DNA of 63,605 nucleotides, filler included, from Licmophora abbreviata (taxonomy: Eukaryota): assembly GCA_900291995.1 (NCBI GenBank). It is 13 parts of 13 records of this genome, joined end to end, with 100 filler letters (N's around TTAATTAATTAA, not from the genome) between each part and the next. Parts side by side here need not be neighbours in the genome. Positions count along the whole stretch, not along the records: positions 57,186 to 61,796 come from OLMU01002536.1; positions 61,897 to 63,605 come from OLMU01002538.1; 11 more parts are not named here. The stretch is one strand, 5' to 3'. The notes below the pieces were generated by a model. It saw only the letters and a program-made list of their open reading frames with translations, was not told the DNA's origin and did not search any database. Shown here in pieces: positions 58,393 through 63,605 of the stretch. Every line of letters begins with the position of its first letter. Positions within the stretch are counted from its first letter, which is position 1. A program made the position numbers and the translations under genes.

Positions 58393-59006
58393 GGCAAATT
58401 CGTCCTTAAATTGTAGTAAAGTTACGTAGAATATGGAGTAACTCGGGGATTTGATATAGATATACCTGTACAAGACAGTTGTGACTGTTGTATCCGGAAG
58501 TCGAGGTAAAACTGGAAGTTGTTACGAAGTACTTTGGAGATGACGCGGCGCCAGTCTGGTCAACCGGTAGAGTATTTGAGTTATCGCAAACGTTTGAATT
58601 CCAAGAACAGGAGAAAGTTCTTGTTTGGCATAGTCTTCCGGTACCGGTACGGCCAAGCTTAAAGTGCCGGTGTATATACGTACTGCTAGAGGTACAAGTG
58701 TGCATGATAAACGATGGCTCGCGATGAGAGTACACTGTAACCACAAAATGACAAAATGACTGTGACTGGATTGCTTCACGTGTGCCCCATCTTTTCGAAG
58801 TATCGCATCCTTTCCGCTAGTTGGTCATCCGGCATAAATGATTGGGACCAGGGCGCTATCACATGCATCATAAATCCAAGCCCACATTTCAACCGATGTG
58901 GCATAAATCTCGGTCTTGATTATCTTCCGTGTCGTCACACAACTCTGGTGGCTCTTTCGTTCATTGTGAATGATTCGGAAAGACTCGCCGTTTACCACTC
59001 ATAACC

Positions 59007-61072
59007 ATGTTGCACACGTTCGATACTTCTCAAAAGTTTGCTGATCGGCGCGCTCAGCGCGAACTCATGATCCAAGAGATGGAGCGCAGGGCAAGTCTGA
59101 ACCCTGAGGATGCTGAAGCGGTCCATCTCCAGAACAGCACAAACAGCCTAAGGAGCCCTGGACTAACAGGATCTAGCGCGGCAAGAGATATACTGGACGA
59201 TGATCCTCTCACCGGCGTTAGCACTACCGCTCCTGCTCCACCAGTGAGGGGGTTCCGTGAGTACAACGCAGCCATGTGGACATCGATTCGCGGCTCGTTC
59301 CGTCATCCGCCCTCGTCACCCTGGAACCAGAGGGGAATGAAAGACGTCAGCCTTCAAGAAGGCGTCCGGTCGCTGGACAGAGAGCTTCATCAGGAGCCAG
59401 ATAGCGGCCTCTTCTCATTTCCCAATTTGGGTCTGCCATCTGCATTTGGCCAGACACGCGAGACATATGACCAGTCAAACAAAAGCCGCCGCAACATTCT
59501 TCTTATCTGCATGGCTTGTGGTGTGACAGCAATTGCTGCTATCCTTTCCGTGATTATTGTATCAGCTTCTACGAGCGATAGTGGATCTCCGACGGTTAGT
59601 ATCGACAACGGCGATAATTTCGGATCCGGAGGAATCGACGAGCCAATGGGTGGCGAAGTTAACAGGCTTCCTGAGATTGTTCATCGGACGAGCTCCGTGC
59701 TACTTCATTATGGACTCCTCGATATTCTTGATCTTGATGACATTAAGACGCCACAGCGTCAGACGCTCGAGTGGTTATCAGAGTCGGATCTGGCGGCAGC
59801 GGTGGCTGAACAAAACACCCGGCGGACTGGACAAACGACGCCGTGCTACGGCCGTTCATCGAGCTTTATGGGCTAGGGGTCATCTATCGGTCCACTGGGG
59901 GTGGCGCGTGGGAGACCAGCACAAACTACAATTCTCCGCCCACTTCTTCTTGTGATTTGTATGGAATTCAATGTGCGATCGAGACGAGCAGCGATGGCGA
60001 AGATATGAATGTCGTTTCACACATTGATCTCAAAGAAAACCTCTTGGAAGGTCCGCTTCCGAAAGAGATTGGTCTCTTTCTCAGTCTCATTGATCTAGAC
60101 ATGAGTGACAACATTCTAGATGGCGAGCTTGACGCCGCAATAGGAAATTTGAGGAAGCTGAAGAAGGTTAACTTCTCCAAGAACATGCTGGAGAGCATTC
60201 CCGATACAATCAAGAATCTGAACCAGATCCGATTTCTTCATCTCGAGAGGAATCAGATTCAAGGATCTATGCCAGCGCTCAAGCAATTCACCCAGCTGGA
60301 AACGCTGACAATGAACGACAACTTTATCTCCGGGGATATATCTGATATGGTCTTTCCGACCAGCTTAAAATACTTGTTCTTGGAAACAAATCAGCTCTCA
60401 GGCTCACTCCCCCACTCTCTTGGCTATTCCACAAATCTCATGGAAGTCCATCTCAGAAACAACTTGTTCAAGGGATCCCTTCCGCTCCACTGGAGCAATC
60501 TGGAGCAAATCAAGATCTTGGATATTTCCGAGAATGATCTTACCGGACTCATCCCGGCATCATTGCTGGATCTTCCTAGTCTTGAAGCGCTTCTACTATA
60601 TGATAATCAACTTGAAGGCCGCATCCCTGAGTTCGAGGGGGCCGACTATGCCATGCGAATCCTGGACGTCGACTCGAACGCGTTGACGGGTCAGGTCCCG
60701 TGGTCCCTCATGCAGATGGACAAGTTGGAAATTCTCAAGATGAGCAATAACGCGTTTACAGGGTTGATACCCGAGACTCTTGGGTCCTGTACCAAATTGC
60801 AGGAACTTCACCTCGCTCTCAACAAGCTATCTGGAGCGATTCCAGTTGAGTTGTCCGCGCTCACCGACTTGCTCGCCTTGCGACTTGAAGATAATGAATT
60901 GACGGGTGAAATTCCTTCCACCTTGCCTGATAATATGAGTCACCTCTTTGACTTCCGGATTCATCGCAACGATATCGAGGGGGAAATTCCTCAGGGCTTC
61001 TGTAGCGCCGAGGTAGTGGAGGCGGACTGCAAAGAAGAAGTGGCATGCTCCTGCTGCACGCAGTGCTTCTGA
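59007..61072 (+). CDS. Type II membrane leucine-rich-repeat receptor-like protein; frameshift at ~59820
   Basis: Cytoplasmic N-terminus, TM 'ILLICMACGVTAIAAILSVIIVSA', 'TPQRQTLEWL', 'YRSTGGGAW', a long run of plant-type LxxLxLxxNxLxGxIP repeats, C-cap 'ADC...VACSCCTQC'. Confidence 0.85.
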
Positions 61073-61351
61073 GGTCGATACGAGTATAGCAAGGGAAAGA
61101 GTGTGACGTACGTAATAGTTTCTATATATTTAGTAATCGTCCAAGCATCAATCGAAGACCTTGTGACAAGTTATCAGGGGGGTCATGCCTGTCGGCGAGC
61201 ATAGTATTGTGAGCGACGGCGGCGGGAAACGAGATTCAAACAAAAATGGGTCTGTCCGTGCGTCAATGTGTTTCGTGCATGTCGTTGTTGCGTGGTGCGG
61301 GTTGATGTGGCAGCCACCGTCTTACTAAAATATGGCAACATCATTCCCACC

Positions 61352-61796
61352 ATGTCCAGCTCAAATGATGCTGTAATGAAAGAGGCGTCGGATACACAAG
61401 AAGAGGAATCAAGGAGCTTGCCAGAGAATCGTTTTGAGCTGGAACTTGAGTTCGTCCAGTGCCTGGCTTCACCGGCTTATCTTCATCACTTGGCCACCAC
61501 GGGAGTACTTGCCGATCCGTCGTTTCTCCAGTTCTTGGAGTATTTGCAGTATTGGAAGCATCCAGAATACGCGCGGTTCTTGCTCTATCCCCATTGCCTC
61601 TACTTCTTGGGTTTGCTTATCGATAGTCCAGTGTTTCGAAGAGAACTCGCCAATGTATCGTTTCGAAATTTTGTTCACGAGCAACAGTTTTACACATGGC
61701 AATACCGTGCCAGAAATTTATATGGAGAAGGGATATTACACGCCAAAGGGGACCAGAACATGGCTATGGAAGTAAAGAAAGAACCGGAAACATCTT
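61352..61796 (+). CDS. MED31: Mediator subunit 31 (SOH1), 3' end in gap
   Basis: 'RFELELEFVQCLASPAYLHHLA...FLEYLQYWKHPEYARFLLYPHCLYFL'. Confidence 0.92.
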
Positions 61797-61896
61797 NNNN
61801 NNNNNNNNNNNNNNNNNNNNNNNNNNNNNNNNNNNNNNNNTTAATTAATTAANNNNNNNNNNNNNNNNNNNNNNNNNNNNNNNNNNNNNNNNNNNN
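61797..61896. other. Artificial contig linker
   Basis: N44-TTAATTAATTAA-N44. Confidence 0.97.
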
Positions 61897-63524
61897 CATG
61901 AATGGGAGTAAGCATCTCCTCGCTGTCGACGGAACCGATGTCCGCCGTTTGCGGGCTGCTGTAAGCACTACCGTTCGGTGGTTCGGGCGATCCGTGGTCA
62001 TACGTCTCTGGCGACGCGGGAAAATCATTTCCAGCGAACGTATCTCTAGGAAATGCTCCTTCCAGCGATTGGTGATGATCTAAGGGAGACTCAAAGTATT
62101 CGGCCTGGCGTGGAAAGGCTCCGTTCTGCGAGTCGGCTAGATTTTCAGGGGATTCAAAGTCCGTGTCTTCCCTAGGGTAGAACATCCCTTCATCCTCGGG
62201 TCCTTTCCGCACAGAGTCGTATTGGTATCCACTGCCACTCACACCGCTTTCTGAATAAGATGATGCGCCGAAGTCGGTCGACTCGCCGTAGTACTCCCCC
62301 GCACTGAAGGCAGAGTCCGTTGCTCCTATCTGGCTTTCTGTATAGTCAGATTGTGACGGGTTCATCAATCCTGACTCGTCGTCGGGTGCATTGCGATGTC
62401 CAGTCAAACTTGGGGGTTCGTCATCCGGTGGATCCATCTTGAAAGGTCTGGAGCTGTCACCGCTTGCACGCCTGGGGCGAAACGCAGGCGGATCGGCGGT
62501 GAAGGCCCTTCGCGCGGGTGAAGAGTCAGTAGGTTTCGCTGGAAGATTCCTCTGGCGAGTCGCAATTGCTTCATCCATCCTGCATCATGGAGAAACAAAG
62601 AAAGAGGCGCCGGTGAGACCAAGACAAATTAAACTTTACTTCGCGTGCTACTCCACAACATCAACTTACGGTGCGTTGCTACTGTTCACGAAAGCACCTT
62701 CTTCCTCAACTTCACGCCAGTTTGGATGATCTTGCGTAGGCGCCTTGGTCACCGGAGCACCGCCTGGCCGAGACATGTTGCCATGGGCCCCAACCGACAA
62801 TCGCGGCTGGGAAGACACGAAGCCCTGAGACATGACCGCACCGTTGGACGAGGCTCGCGGGGATGCTTTAAAGTCGTGTGCTCTAGTCAGAGCATCATCT
62901 CTCGCAGCCAAGAAATGAGGAGGAAGAACCTTCATCCAAGCCTGAGGAAGCAAAATATAGGGAGGGCTGTGGTAGGCAGAAAGGGTGTATGTGTGTGTGA
63001 GAGAGAACATAACCGGGAAAGCGACAACATTAGGCGCTGCGTAGTGACAAGTTTCACGTACAGTGCGCGACAAGGGCCAAGATGATAAAGCTTCAAGTCA
63101 TCAAAGTCACGCTCTGTCAAATCATATACGCTTTCAACTTCTTCAACTGCCGCGACAGTGTGTAGTCCAGGGTTCTCATGGCTAAAGTCAGGTCCAAGTT
63201 TGTAAAGCTCTTCCGGTGTCAAACTGGGACTCAAGAAGGCAAGCATATAAATCGGATTTCCGTCAAAGTCAGCCTCATAAAAAACGTCTTCCTCCACATT
63301 GATAGGTCCACCCGAAAAGAAGCAAAACTTATCCACTAGCGTCCATTGAGTATGGTCGTCAACCAGCTCGCGAGGCGCAGCATCACATTGCGTGGGGTAG
63401 TCCGTTTCCAGCAGAACCAAGGTATCGCGCGTTAAGGGTTCCACATCCATCGGACGGATCATGCCAACCGCTGCCGCCAGAAGAAAGTAGTATCCGCCTG
63501 TTGGGTGACACCGTTGTTTGGAGT
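61897..63524 (-). CDS. Multi-exon hypothetical protein, partial at both ends
   Basis: Exons 63524-63062, 62966-62670, 62579-61897 join in frame through GT-AG introns 62967-63061 and 62580-62669; a further intron runs off the window end. Confidence 0.65.
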
Positions 63525-63605
63525 CTGCAAAGAAAAATCAAGGGACCAAAGTGAGCAAAACAGCCCCCAACTAGTGCACAGCGTCAACTCGCAACAGCGC
63601 ACTTA

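Noticed and set aside
58394..59000. Short overlapping ORFs between NF-YC and the LRR gene, considered as a transposon relic
   Set aside because: No terminal repeats or transposase/RT motifs recognised.

Overview
Eukaryotic nuclear DNA, most likely from a diatom or related ochrophyte. This is inferred from short GT-AG introns (about 70-140 bp, often with CTAAC/CTAAT branch points), compact intergenic regions, bipartite plastid presequences and a membrane LRR gene type typical of diatoms. The window is an artificial scaffold of 13 contigs joined by twelve identical 100-bp linkers (N44-TTAATTAATTAA-N44), so adjacency across linkers is uncertain, although at least CCT8 continues correctly across one. 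About 35 protein-coding genes (many spliced here by eye) and one tRNA-Val(TAC) are supported. The standout is a three-exon gene at 14565-19981. It appears to fuse a kinesin-4 motor and stalk to a full-length MAP65/PRC1/Ase1 antiparallel microtubule crosslinker with a CDK-site-rich basic tail ending in a KEN box, i.e. the KIF4A + PRC1 midzone module in one polypeptide. It lies head-to-head with a divergent ORC6-like gene. Other points of interest: two P1B-2 Zn/Cd ATPases (one with a large Cys/His-rich N-terminus) plus phytochelatin synthase, a eukaryote-type UDP-galactopyranose mutase, a tail-anchored ROK fructokinase, and five single-base frameshifts at short base runs that look like sequencing errors. 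All family assignments are from motif recognition by eye; no database searches were run.
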